DNA from: Sphaerodactylus townsendi
Taxonomy: Eukaryota
Reading direction: 5' to 3'
DNA length: 64,000 nucleotides
NCBI RefSeq assembly: GCF_021028975.2
Contig: NC_059426.1
Coordinates: 70,246,001-70,310,000 of the forward strand
In this document: positions 1 through 11,292 of the stretch, piece after piece
How the letters are laid out: each line of letters starts with the position of its first letter
Position numbering within the stretch: the first letter of the stretch is position 1
Position numbers and translations under genes: made by a program
The notes under the pieces: generated by a model
Seen by the model: only the letters and a program-made list of their open reading frames with translations
What the model was told of the DNA's origin: nothing
Databases searched by the model: none

Positions 1-122
1 ATTAACTGCCCAATGACTAATCAATGAATAGATAGCAAGACACTGACCTCACTAGCTAGTTAACATGCACACAGTTAACCCCTTGTTATCTGGATTGTGA
101 CAGACACTTGCAAATCCTAACA
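1..122 (-). repeat. 3' LTR of copia A (partial)
   Basis: 122/122 nt identical to 4435-4556; begins TGTTAG on the minus strand directly after the PPT. Confidence 0.95.
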
Positions 123-135
123 AACCCCTTCTCAA
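123..135 (-). promoter_or_regulatory. Polypurine tract of copia A
   Basis: Minus strand reads TTGAGAAGGGGTT, abutting the LTR TG. Confidence 0.85.
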
Positions 136-243
136 GTGTCATTGTCACAATGCACTTGCAATCATAAAATCATAAAGCTTAATCATAACAGTAAAACAAA
201 ATTCAACTTCATCATAACAATGCAGATATCAAATTCAATCACA

Positions 244-905
244 TTAAAATTGCATGCATAAACTTTCTCGAAGATTTTCAAACTTCAGTCTTCCCAGTGG
301 CTTCGTGAAGATGTTAGCCACCATCTCTTCTGAGGGTGTATACTCGACATTGATCAGTCCCTCCTTCATTATCCGCCTCAGTCCTGAGATCTTGATTGTG
401 ATGTGTTTACCTCTGTTGTTGATCCCTTCAGACTTCATCAGGGTAATACTGGCTTGATTGTCCTCAAACAGGGTGATTGGCTTAGATTCATCTATGCCAA
501 AGTCCTTCAGTAGAGCAATGATCCATTCCATTTCTCGACATGCACTATTGGCTGCAATGCATTCAGATTCTGTAGTAGATTGAGCAATAATAGTCTGTTT
601 TCTACTAGTCCAGCTTATCAAGTTCTCTCCATAGTAGAAACTGTATCCACTTGTTGAAGCAAAATCAGTGTTGTCTTCACCCCAGTTTGCATCCATGTAA
701 CCTAGTAGTTTTGGATCCTTGCAGGATGAAATCCTCAATTTTAAGTCCATTGTTTTAATCAGATATTGAGCTATTCTCTTTACAGCTTTCCAATCATGAT
801 GATTTGGTGCACTTGTCTTTCTGCTTAATATTCTTACAGCAGCTGTGATATCTGGTCTTGAGACTGTGCTCAGATACAACAGCTTTCCAATAGCTTCTCT
901 ATATT
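244..905 (-). pseudogene. copia A pol: end of RT and RNase H, frameshifted from the upstream ORF
   Basis: Motifs YL..SRPDI, GYMDANWG, ISWTSRKQ, STTESE, FEDNQ, KHI, ANIFTKPL. Frame break near 905, where YREAIGKLLYL lies in the alternative frame. Confidence 0.9.
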
Positions 906-2096
906 ATTGTTCTCCATTGGCTGTCCATCATTGAGCTTGAGGTATACAGGCTTCATTGGTGTCCTGACACCTTTTGCATCTTTCATGTTCACTGATTCAA
1001 TAAAGTCCATGATCTTTGCTTTCTGGTTGAGAAGAAATCCTCCATCCTGGGTTCTTTCCATTTGTATTCCCAAATATTGCTTTGCTTCTCCCAGTTGCTT
1101 TACTCCAACAGAGTGATTCATCATCTTGGCAATTTCTGCTGCATCCTCACGCGTCTGGCAGCAGACTAAAAGATCGTCAACAAATGTCAAAATGTACTGG
1201 TATTGTCCATTTTTCATCCTTGAAAATAAACATAGTTCAGCTTGCCCTTGCTGAAAACCTTGTTCTTTTAGTAAAGCTGTTAGCTTTCTTTTGTTAGAAA
1301 TAGTCCCAATGTTCAAATGTTGCACTTGCATCTGCCGTGAAGCTGCAATACTCAACAATGTCCTGAAGGCTGTCCACTTCCCTACCTCAGGAGTGGGCAG
1401 TTGCATACTTCCATCAAGGCTAGTGGGTTCACTTTTAGATTCAACATTTTCAGATTCAACATTTGCATGACAAACATAGTCATCATATTTCTTTGGCATA
1501 ACTCCTTTGTTAGCCCTCTGTGATCTCCTTTCAGTGACAGGAATCTCTTCTTCCTCTGTGTCACTTTGCTCTGAGTCAGACTGCCCAGTTGCCCCTTCTA
1601 AATTGGCAGTTTCCAAACTCTCACTGGGGGCAACAGCTGCTTCACTGACCAACTCTGATAAGGTGAGTTCCCCAGGCTCTGGAGCGGGCCTTTGCACTGC
1701 GTTGCCCTGGATAGGAGCCTCTGGGAAATTCCCTTCATCAATGTAAACTGTATTCAAGACATCAACTTGTCCAGTTGTAGGATTCAGGATCCTATATCCC
1801 CATGAAAATGGGTTGTATCCTATTAAAATACCAAGTTCCACTCTTGGATCCAACTTCGCTCTCTTTTCTTTAGGGACAAAACTAAAAACTTTTGATCCGA
1901 AAGACTTTAAATGCTTTAATCCTGGCAACTTGCCATTCCACAGCTCATAAGGAGTCTTTCCTGTTGCTGAGTGAATACTTCTGTGGTACAAGTAGGTGGC
2001 AGTATTTGCTGCCTCTGCCCAGTAGGGGTCAGGCAGGTTCGCTTGCATCAACAAACAACGAGTAGCTTCTAGAATAGTCCTGTTGACTCGCTCAAT
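870..2096 (-). pseudogene. copia A pol: integrase C-terminus and internally deleted RT
   Basis: IERVNRT, YWAEAANTATYL, TPYELWNGK, GY..GYR, EPTS, FVDDLL, YLGIQ. The KARLVA/FAPV and DVKTAFL..YGLKQ blocks are absent. Confidence 0.9.
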
Positions 2097-3425
2097 TCAA
2101 CCATTCTGGAAAGCGCTATACTTTACTGATCTAGCATGCACAATGCCTTCACTGGCTAAATACTCTTCAAGATTGTGATTAACAAATTCAGAGCCATTGT
2201 CAGAGAATAACACCTCTGGAGACTTGCTAAACTTGTTTTTCAGTGATGCTAGATAGCCTTTCAGTTTATCAGCAGCTTGGTCTTTTGACTTCAGGAAATA
2301 AACGCTTACAAATTTACTTTTGGCTTCACAGATTGTGAGCATATACCTGGCTCCGCCACAAGATGGTGACAAAGGGCCTATCAAGTCACAATTGACCCTT
2401 TCCAAAAACTCCACATTGGCTTCACGGCCTTTTGTTCTACTGACCCTAGGTGCAGTCCCTTTTGCTTTCAAACAAATCTCACATTTCTCAAGAGTTAGGC
2501 CACAATCAAAAACTTTCAAATTGCAACTTTCAACAAGTTGTTTCACAGACTTAAAAGATCGATGACCCAATTTTTGATGCCAAGAAAATAAGCACGTTTT
2601 GTGTTTGCAAATGTCCTTAGACACTTTCAAAGATTTATCATCAGCATCAGACAAGTTTACATTTTTCAGATAGCAATAATTTCCATGGAGCTCAGCACGG
2701 AATGTCCTATTTAATTCCCTGTCAATGATAAGACAACATTCTTCCTTCATAACAATTTCACATTGTGCTTTTACAAAGCTTGCTGTAGACAAGAGATTAT
2801 CCCCAGCAGTTGGGACATAGAAAGCTTTTTTCAAAGTAAACGATATGAGTTCTCCTTTTTCATCATAAAAACTTAATTCAACAAGTCCTTCCCCTTCAGG
2901 GCAAAAACTGCTACCATCAGCTTGGGTTAAAACTTCATTACATGGCTTCAAGTCAGTAAAATACTTTTTGTCATTCAAAACATGCTTTCCTGCACCAGAG
3001 TCTAATAGAAACCAATTCTCCTTTCCTTTGGGTTCAGAGTCATTGGCTAGCAAAAGGTTTTTGGAGCTGGAGGGGAATTTTCCACCTCCCCTTTTCTTTT
3101 GCTCAGAGGATTCATTCCTGAAATTCCTTTCTACCTTTCCAGGCATTTTTCTTTGTTTAGGGTTATTACCATCTGAATGGCTAGCTTGCTTGGACCAGCA
3201 GTCAGAAGCCACGTGACCCTTTTTTCCACAGGTGAAACAGGTTTTCTGCTGCCTTTGAAAATGACCATGTACTTTCAAAGTAGAGCTCCCATTTCCTGGA
3301 AAACTTGACTTCTCTTTAAGACCTATTGCAGCATTTCTTAGGTAATTTAAGGCATAATCCACTGTTAAATCATCACGAGCTTGAAGTACAGCTACATGAG
3401 AGTTATAGCGTTCTGGCAGACTCAC
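2097..3425 (-). pseudogene. copia A Gag C-terminus, zinc knuckle, protease and integrase core
   Basis: CFTCGKKGHVASDC, LLDSGA, WHQKLGH..CEIC, DLIGP, SDNGSEF. Ends at an in-frame TGA within QNG*IER. Confidence 0.92.
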
Positions 3426-3967
3426 AAGAAAGCACTTAGAAAATCATCGTCTAGCAATGTAGCTCCTGTTGCTCGTATTTGATGTCTTAAATCCTCCATA
3501 TATTGTAGATGCTCAGTTAAAACTCCACTTGGGGACATTCTGCAGGTATACAGTTGTTGCCTGAGCGATCTGACAAATTGACTTGATCCAAATGCATATC
3601 TACCATTTAAAGATTCCCATAGAGCACATGCAGTTTTGTAATCCATTGCTAGAGCAGCCTCAGATTCATCCAGAGATGAACATATGAAGAGCAAGGCTCT
3701 TTTATCATCACGTTTAAACTGGCTCTGGGCTCTATCACCGGCATCAGGCCCTGGCGGATTCCCTGTTAGGACATACGCTATTTCTTGGACTTCCAAATTC
3801 TGAAACATGCAGGTGCGCCACATGAGGAAGTTATTTTTGTCTAGTTTCCTTAGTGGTGGCAAACTGGGGGCTTGACTTACGTGACCTGTACAGACATTAC
3901 GTGTAGAAGATCCGGATGCACTGTCTGCTGTGGACATGTTGCTCCTCTTCTTGTGTCTTCTTCCCAT
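3422..3967 (-). pseudogene. copia A Gag N-terminal part (UBN2/Retrotran_gag_2-like)
   Basis: L..NF..W, DDKRAL..I, TA..LWESL..RY, HL..M..L..I...G; frameshift before SLPERY. Confidence 0.88.
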
Positions 3968-4085
3968 TCAAAAGCACCACTGTAAATCCAAAATACCTCC
4001 GATTGAGGCAGCGAGAAAAAAACTTCCCTTTTAAAATCTGCACAGCAATCTCTTTTGCTTGGTCTCCTCGCAGCTAGTAAGCTGT

Positions 4086-4099
4086 CTGGGCCCATAACC
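4086..4099 (-). promoter_or_regulatory. Primer-binding site complementary to the anticodon arm of initiator tRNA-Met
   Basis: Minus strand GGTTATGGGCCCAG lies 3 nt after the LTR. The plus strand CTGGGCCCATAACC matches the tRNAiMet anticodon stem-loop. Confidence 0.9.
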
Positions 4100-4102
4100 T
4101 TT

Positions 4103-4556
4103 TGTTGGGGAATTGTTTCCCTATTTGGGTAATAAGCAGAGTGAGAGGAAAGACCAGGAGACTTTTGCTGTGATTATAAAAAGAAACTTTACTTAACTAA
4201 ATCAGGAAAACATGGAATAAACATGGAATAAACATAACAAATCCTTACTATTCTAGTACAAACTTAGTTGCAGAACTTAGGCACATGTGAGCCCACATGT
4301 GGCCTAGGCATTCACCTCTTAAGGTGAATCCATCTTACAGGTACAAGAAAAAGAGAATGGAGTGTGAGACAAAGAAATATAGTTAACTTTATAACCTCTG
4401 ACCTACGTGCTCTGCCTCACCTAAGCAATGTCGGATTAACTGCCCAATGACTAATCAATGAATAGATAGCAAGACACTGACCTCACTAGCTAGTTAACAT
4501 GCACACAGTTAACCCCTTGTTATCTGGATTGTGACAGACACTTGCAAATCCTAACA
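4103..4556 (-). repeat. 5' LTR of copia A (454 bp)
   Basis: TG...CA termini (TGTTAG...CCAACA on the minus strand); its first 122 nt are duplicated at 1-122. Confidence 0.93.
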
Positions 4557-4678
4557 GGGGGAGGGGAGCCAGGTTGGTGCTGCTGCGTTTTAGCAGCGCC
4601 GTCTGTGCGAACGGCTCCCTGGGGATGGCGTTTTTGCCGTCCCCAGGGCGCCGTAAATGGCCTGTGCGGAAAGGGCCT
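4557..4678. mobile_element. End of a PIF/Harbinger-like MITE, probably the insertion site of copia A
   Basis: Ends CCTGTGCGGAAAGGGCC next to TAA, the reverse complement of the terminus at 26153 (GGCCCTTTCCGCACAGG). Confidence 0.65.
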
Positions 4679-5809
4679 AAGTGAGTTGAGGGAGAAGGAT
4701 CATGCCTGCTCACATTCACGAGCTCCTTCCTGTCTCCATACGTGTTCAGTGTGTTTTCCTCTACACATACAGAATATATGTGCATATAGTCTCAACAGAA
4801 TCAGAAGCCCTGCCTTTTGAGGGTTTCTGATCATGAAGATAGAGCTTGTGTTCATATACATTTTGTGTAGCTTTTAATATTTTATGCTGAATACATGGTC
4901 TATGATTGTGACAGTGCCATTTCTAGACTGTAGAACACAGCAATCTTTGTATAGTCCTTGAGAGTTTGAGCAGTTTTTCTATGCATCACAATTTATATCT
5001 TTTCTGAAGCAAACTCTGGTATACCTGATATGTCATGTAAAAGTGCAAATTGGCCTTTTTTAGTGGAATGATTTTGGGTATCACAAGGCCTGCTGACAAC
5101 TGGAGATGGTTTCTTTTCTATCACCTTATTTTCTGCTAGTTTCTGACCCATGATTCAGCTTCTTATTTTAGAAGGAGGAGTGGAAAATGACACCAACAAA
5201 AAATGAGTAAAATTTTTCCTGTCTATCTGAGTCTGTACCATGGAATCCTCAGATTTCAAATCTTTGTCACATAACAGCATCCTTGAAACAAATTTACAAC
5301 CAAATCTCATGCCAAAGAGGAAGAATGAATGGAAAAATAAAAAGGACAGTGTTGATTAATTTTTCTCCATCTGAACATACACATACAAGATGGGAGCCTG
5401 CAAGGGCTTCTGGGAGGGAGGGGTTGTCTCATTTTCCTTTCCCCATTATTTCCTCCTCCCCTTTCCTGGAAGCCCCCAAATCTTTTCCTCTTTTCTGGCT
5501 TTCTTATCTCCTTCTCACTTACCAGATATCTTTATCTGTCCCATTTTTAGCATTCTTTCCTTCTCTTTCCCAGCAACCTCTACCTCAGAAAACTATGGCC
5601 TAGGTGCCCACTCTTGGTTACCGGACCAGGGTCAAGTGTCTAGTGGGGCGCCCACAGGATCATGTGGAAGGGGTACCTCATTTCCCCACATATCCCCCTT
5701 CCCATCCTAATTCCTCTTTCTGTCCTCCTGGAAGTCTCAGTATTGTCAGTTTTCCCTAGTTCCTTCTCTCCCCATCTGAAACCAACATGTGCTGTCCATC
5801 TTCAGTTAT

Positions 5810-6040
5810 CTTTATTCTTTATTTACTTCATTTATACTTTATCTTTCTCAACAATGGGAACTCAAAGCGACTTACATCATTCTTCTCTGCTGCGTTTTAT
5901 CTTCACAACAGCCCCATGAGGCTGAAAATGTGTAACTGGCCCAAGGTAATCCAGTGGGCCTCCATGACAGAATGGTGATTTAAATCTGGGTCTCACAGAT
6001 CCTAGTCTGGCTTTTCTAACCACTACCCCACACTGGCATT
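5810..6040 (-). mobile_element. Degenerate tRNA-derived squamate SINE (Squam3-like)
   Basis: cacaacagccc..tgagg, actggcccaaggt, taaccactac..cactggc; similar to copies at 14589 and 16093. Confidence 0.65.
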
Positions 6041-7106
6041 TGAGTGGTGGCTGCTATTCAACAGTAGCAAGCAGCTTGGCCTGGGTGAATCATGCAAGTC
6101 AGGAGATAGCAAGTTGCTGGTGGGCTTGACCTTGAAGCATCCTCCATTAAAGTTCAAAACAGCCATGGAAAGAGGCCTGCCCCTCCCACTACCTTTTACA
6201 AGGCTTGAAAACTAACTATTGTGGTTGCCTAGCAATGTCCACTGAGGGCATTTGTTTCATTTTTTTAAAAAAATCCACCATTATTTATTTATCTATTACA
6301 TTTCAAAATTTTCTGCCATCTTGAGACTTTTTCAGGTTTTTAGACAGATCTGTCTTGTCCACTTATGGTCCAAGTATCTGGATTTTGGTATCCCTACATT
6401 TGGCTTTGTTGTGTGTTATCCCCTGGAGAACAATGAGTCCTCAGGGACATAAGCAGAGCCCAGTAAGCCCAGACCAGGTTGGGAGCCAACAAGGGCTGGG
6501 CTTGGATCAGCCAGGGCCCCTGCAGGCTCTACAGCATGCACAACAGGCAGGTCAGGACTCAGAAGTTCCTGCAAAAGCAAGCCGGGCACCCAGCCCTGCT
6601 CCAGCTGAAGATACACAGGCACCTAGCTCACCTGAGCCCATATGACAACAGAGGCAGCAGCGCAGGGAGCTTCTTCAAGTTAAATATAGAAGTGCATCTG
6701 CTAGCTCAAAGAAAGCACTTTCTGCAGCAGGGGGAAACAGAGTCTTCACAGGGTGAAAATAACATTCTGGAGGACCCTATATATTAAGCAGGTTCACAGA
6801 CCATACCAGCCGGGATGTAAGGCGGCACATGACTGCTGCAACACTTCCTCTGACCCATTGACTCTTTGTGTTCTGATCCTCAGACCTCTGCTGGTGAAAG
6901 TGCTTGGCAGTTGTTGGATTTAGTTAATTCTGGATCAGCCCAGTCCTGTGTGTGAGTGCAATTATAGAAACTTCCCAATAAATAAATGTAAAAGGAAAAA
7001 CTTACATTTATTCAAGTATCTTCAGTTCACAGCTTTGTTTCAGGTAAGAGGTAGATAGAAAGAAACCCTAATCTGAAGAATTACTTTCCCGAGGACAAGT
7101 GGGCAC

Positions 7107-7881
7107 CAGGGGCGTAATGAGGCAGCCCAGGGCAAACTGTAGCCCTGAGCAAAACCTGAGTTGGATGTCCCCCCCATGGGCGGCCACTCCACCACGACCA
7201 AAGGGGTGCCCCATCCCCCATTCTTTGCCAAGGACATGGGGGCTACCCTTTGAGGGTCCATAACTTTGGACCCCCTGAACCAAACTGCACCAAAATTGGC
7301 GGGTACCATAAGGACAGTTTCCAAATGATACCCTGAAATTTTGGTGCCGATACATCCAGAAATGCACCCCCTGCAGGAACATCCTAGAAATTTGCCCAAG
7401 AATCTTTGTTCTGCATTGAGTTTTCTGCATTGCTGTCAATGGGGGTTGCATGCTGGGGAGGCACATTTCTGAAGGCAAAGTCTCAAAACTTTCATGGTCT
7501 CATCAGGAGACTTCCCTAATGATACCCCCCAGGTTTGGTGCAGTTTGATTCAGGGGGGCCAAAGTTATGGACCCTCAAAACTGTAGCCCCCATCTCCTAT
7601 TAGCTTCCATTGGAAACAATGGGGGATGGGGCATCCCTTTTGGGAGTCCATAACTTTGGACTCCTTGAACCAAACCTCGCCAAACTTGGGGGGTAGCATA
7701 AGGACAGTCTCCTGATGATACGCTGAAAATTTGGTGCTACTAGCCTAAAAACTGCGCCTCCTGCAGGCCAAAAATGAAAAACCACTAAAAATACCCAAAA
7801 ACGAACCCTGCATTTTGATGCCCCCCACAAGGTGATGGCCTGGGCAGCTGCCCACTTTGCCCAATGGGCATTACGGTCCTG
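7107..7881. mobile_element. Non-autonomous hAT-like element, CAG-type TIR (775 bp)
   Basis: 8-bp TSD GTGGGCAC (7099-7106, 7882-7889); TIRs CAGGGGCGTAAT / ATTACGGTCCTG. Confidence 0.88.
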
Positions 7882-8814
7882 GTGGGCACCCTAATGCACC
7901 ATCACGTGTGTGCAAGTAAGAGCTGCTTCTGTGGAAAAAGTCCACAGAGGCAGAGAGCCATTGTCCATGCGCTCAGGGCAAAGGACAGGAGAAATGTGAC
8001 TGCAGCATGGAGAAGAAAGGAAGTTAGTGGGCGGTCTCCTGGCCCAGACAAGGAGGGCAAGCAAGAGAGGCAACAACATAGTTAAAATGAGACACACAGC
8101 ACCCTTCAGTGTCCAGGCAGGCAGAAGTCGCTCATTCCAACAACAGCCTCTTTGGCTAGACTCAGCTCCCTGCTGTAACTCAATACTTCTGCGGGGGCAG
8201 CCTCAGGACAGGCCTTGTTCAGAATTAGATATAGTGATGAAAACAAACTTTCTCAATGGAATTTTTTCAGTGTTTTGATTAATTGAGTGTGTTTTGCAGG
8301 GGAAATTTGTGTTGCTTCAGTCATTTGTTTGATTGTTCTTTCAGTTAGAGTTAGGCAATTTATCAGTGGACTGACCTTCTGCATCTTGACAAGTAATATT
8401 TATCAAATGGCCAAGTAGTCTCTTTTCCAAGTATCTGGTTATTGACAAGGACTTCATGTTCATCCCATGCCTAAACTTCACAATACAAAGTTCTTCTTGT
8501 CCTAGAATTAATCATAATATATTTACTTGTCTAGCCACGGGAAATATAAAATTTACAAAAGATACAAACTTCTCAAATTAAAACAAAGTTAGTAAAAAGG
8601 TTAGAAGTCACTTCTCCTTTGTACTGGTTAAAATAAAATAAATGCCTAATAATCAAGTGTTCATCTTTACAACAGGTTTTTGCTAATATTTCGTACATGC
8701 TAATATGTTTATATCACATTTCCTTAACTTCCTTCATCAAGTGAGAGCAGGGTGGCATATATGGTGTTTGTCTGATCTGTTTTATTGTTACAACAACCTA
8801 TTGGGAGAAGCCAC

Positions 8815-10025
8815 AAAAACAAAGTTCTTCAAAATCTTAGCAAGAATATTCCAACAAATACAAAACAAACAATGGTTCACAGACTGGAAATGTTCAATTT
8901 ACATTCCAGTTCTGAAAAAAGAAGATATCAAAGACTGCAGCAACTATTGTACCATCTCATTAATTTCTTATGTGAGTAATGCAAAATCTTACAACAAAGC
9001 TGTTTCTAATGTATGAAACAAGAAAGGCCAGATGTTAAAGCTGGATTCAAAAAAGCAAGAGGCATTGGAGATCATTTTACTGGAGCATAGGAGAGAATTT
9101 CAAAAGAAAGTCAGCTTGTGTTTCATAGTTCACAGCAAAGCTTTCACTGAAAAGTTATTTGCAATGTGAGGCTACTATTAGGACAGAAAACAGAAAAAAA
9201 GAATGGTTTCCAGTTGGCGAAGGTGTCGAGTACGTATAGAATGGATTAGATTTAGATGAAGGTGGAGTGAAAATTCAGCAGAGAAACATTAACCACTGGA
9301 GATATGCAGATGACATCATGTTACTGGCAGACAATGGTAAAGGATGGAAAGAACTACTGATGAAAGTTAAAGCAAAAAGTGCCAAACCAGGATTACAGTT
9401 GAAGACAGCTGAAGACAAAAATAATGACTGCTGAGGAATTACGTAACTTCAAGACTGACAATAAAGACATTGAAATTGTTCAAGATTTTCTATTCCCTGC
9501 TCCATCATCAACCAAAAGGGAGACTGAAACCAAGAAATCAAGAAGATTGAGACAGGGGAGGGCAGCTATGAAGGAGCTAGAAAAGATTCTTAAGTAGAAG
9601 GCTGTGTCATTGATGATCCAGATCAAGATAATTCATATCATAATATTCCCAATACCCTGGACTGATGTGAAAGTTGGACAATGAAGAAAACTGACAGGAG
9701 GAAAGCTGATTCATTTGAAATGTAATACTGAAGGAGAGTTTTATGGACTTCCCATGGACTTCCAAAAAAGACAAATCAAGCCTGAATTCTCCCTAGATGA
9801 CGAAGCTGCATTTGGTTACATTATGTGAAGACAAGAGTCACTGGAAAATACAATAATGCTAGGAAAAACTGAAAGCAGCAGGAAGAGCCAACATGAGGTG
9901 GATTGGTGTAGTAAAGGAAGTCACAGCCCTCAGTTTGTAAGACCTAAGGAAGGCTATTAACAATAGTACATTTGAGAGGTTATTTCATAGAGCCATCATA
10001 CATCAGAAGTGACTTGATAGCACAT
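8815..10025 (+). mobile_element. Degenerate RTE/BovB-like LINE, RT and 3' end
   Basis: DWK.SIYIP..KK.D.KDCSNY.TISLIS and RYADD-encoding sequence; RTE-type 3' end; many stops and indels. Confidence 0.85.
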
Positions 10026-10350
10026 AACCCAACAAACAGTGGGGGTTAGGTTGAAATGGAACCACAAAACCAAGTAAGTTTCTTGACTGTAGGAATTTAA
10101 GCCCAATCTCCCCAGTGCTAATTTGGTGATCCAACAAATTGACCAAAGTGGTACAGGGTTAATATTCTGTTCAACTGACAACATTTGTTTTTAGTAGATT
10201 GGTGTCAAGTTACGACTTTGACAATACATCAAGTTATGTAGTCATAAAACTAAATCACTAAGGAATATGAAGATGGCTAACAACTTTCAAACAGAAAAGA
10301 GAAAACTAATGCATTGGGAAACTGTTTCTCCTCCTGACCCATGAATTCTA

Positions 10351-11292
10351 TCAGAAACATCTGCACAGATTTCTCTCCAATGTCCTCTTCAAGGCATCCT
10401 TTACATCTTTATTTCTTAGACTGTAGATTAAAGGATTCAACATGGGAAACACAACAGTATAAAAAACTGAGATTATTTTGTCTGTGTCCAGGGTATAACT
10501 TGAACTAGGACGTAGATACATAAAAAGAAGGGTGCCATAGAAAAGGGCAACAGCTGTCAAGTGGGAGGTGCAGGTTGAAAAGGCTTTGTGGCGGCCTTCA
10601 GCAGACTGTATCTTCAGGATTGTGCACAGGATGCAAAAATAAGAGACAAGGATAACCAAGAAGGTGCACATTTGTATAGAGCCACATAGAGCAAAGAGGA
10701 GGATTTCGTTGATATGAGTTTTGGAGCAGGAGAGAGCTAATAATGGAGGGATGTCACAGAAGAAGTGATTGATGACATTAGAACTGCAGAATGAAAGATG
10801 GAATGTAAACCAAGTGTGCACCAGTGAGCTCATGCTGCCTGTGAGATAGGAACCTGCTACTAGGCAGATGCAGAGTTTGTGAGACATGAGACCGGTATAG
10901 AGCAGTGGATTACAAATGGCCATGTAACGGTCATAGGCCATAGCAGCCAGCAGAAGGCATTCTGCATCAGCAAAGCAAGCAAACAAATACATCTGTGCAA
11001 TGCAGCCTGTGAATGATATGGTTTTCCTTTCAGCTAACAAATTGGCCAGCATCTTGGGAGTAATGGCAGAAGAATAACTAAGATCTAAGAAAGCCAGGTT
11101 ATTGAGGAAAAAGTACATTGGAGTATGAAGACAGGGATTGATCCAGATCAGCACAAAGATACCGATGTTCCCCATCAGTGTAGCAATATAGATGATTAGG
11201 AAGAGCACAAAAAGGACAACCTTTATGTCTTGTCGATCTGTGAAACCGAAGAGAATGAACTCAGTTATTGTAGTATGATTCCCATTGGCCAT
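10351..11292 (-). CDS. Olfactory receptor, class II, family 5-like (313 aa)
   Basis: ATG at 11292 (MANGNHTT, N-glycosylation site); [47 protein letters not shown]. Confidence 0.96.
   Translation of the reverse strand: MANGNHTTITEFILFGFTDRQDIKVVLFVLFLIIYIATLMGNIGIFVLIWINPCLHTPMYFFLNNLAFLDLSYSSAITPKMLANLLAERKTISFTGCIAQMYLFACFADAECLLLAAMAYDRYMAICNPLLYTGLMSHKLCICLVAGSYLTGSMSSLVHTWFTFHLSFCSSNVINHFFCDIPPLLALSCSKTHINEILLFALCGSIQMCTFLVILVSYFCILCTILKIQSAEGRHKAFSTCTSHLTAVALFYGTLLFMYLRPSSSYTLDTDKIISVFYTVVFPMLNPLIYSLRNKDVKDALKRTLERNLCRCF

Larger units (their letters stand above)
1..4556 (-). mobile_element. Ty1/copia LTR retrotransposon A, defective; 3' LTR cut by the window edge
   Basis: Domain order on the minus strand is Gag, CCHC knuckle, protease, integrase, RT, RNase H (copia order). 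Paired LTRs, a PBS and a PPT are present. Confidence 0.96.

Noticed and set aside
2097-2099. Stop-codon readthrough or selenocysteine in pol
   Set aside because: The TGA lies within the integrase QNG.xER motif and is most simply a CGA to TGA CpG mutation.
3415-3430. Programmed gag-pol frameshift at the overlapping GTGA
   Set aside because: The break falls inside the Gag domain (AFL.SLPERY is normally continuous), before the zinc knuckle, and has no recognisable slippery site. A 1-bp deletion is simpler.
4086-4099. tRNA-Met gene
   Set aside because: Only 14 nt match and there is no cloverleaf; this is the PBS.
6410-7010. Possible solo LTR or small gene (ORF 6355-6645)
   Set aside because: No definable TG..CA ends with a TSD and no protein motif; left unclassified.
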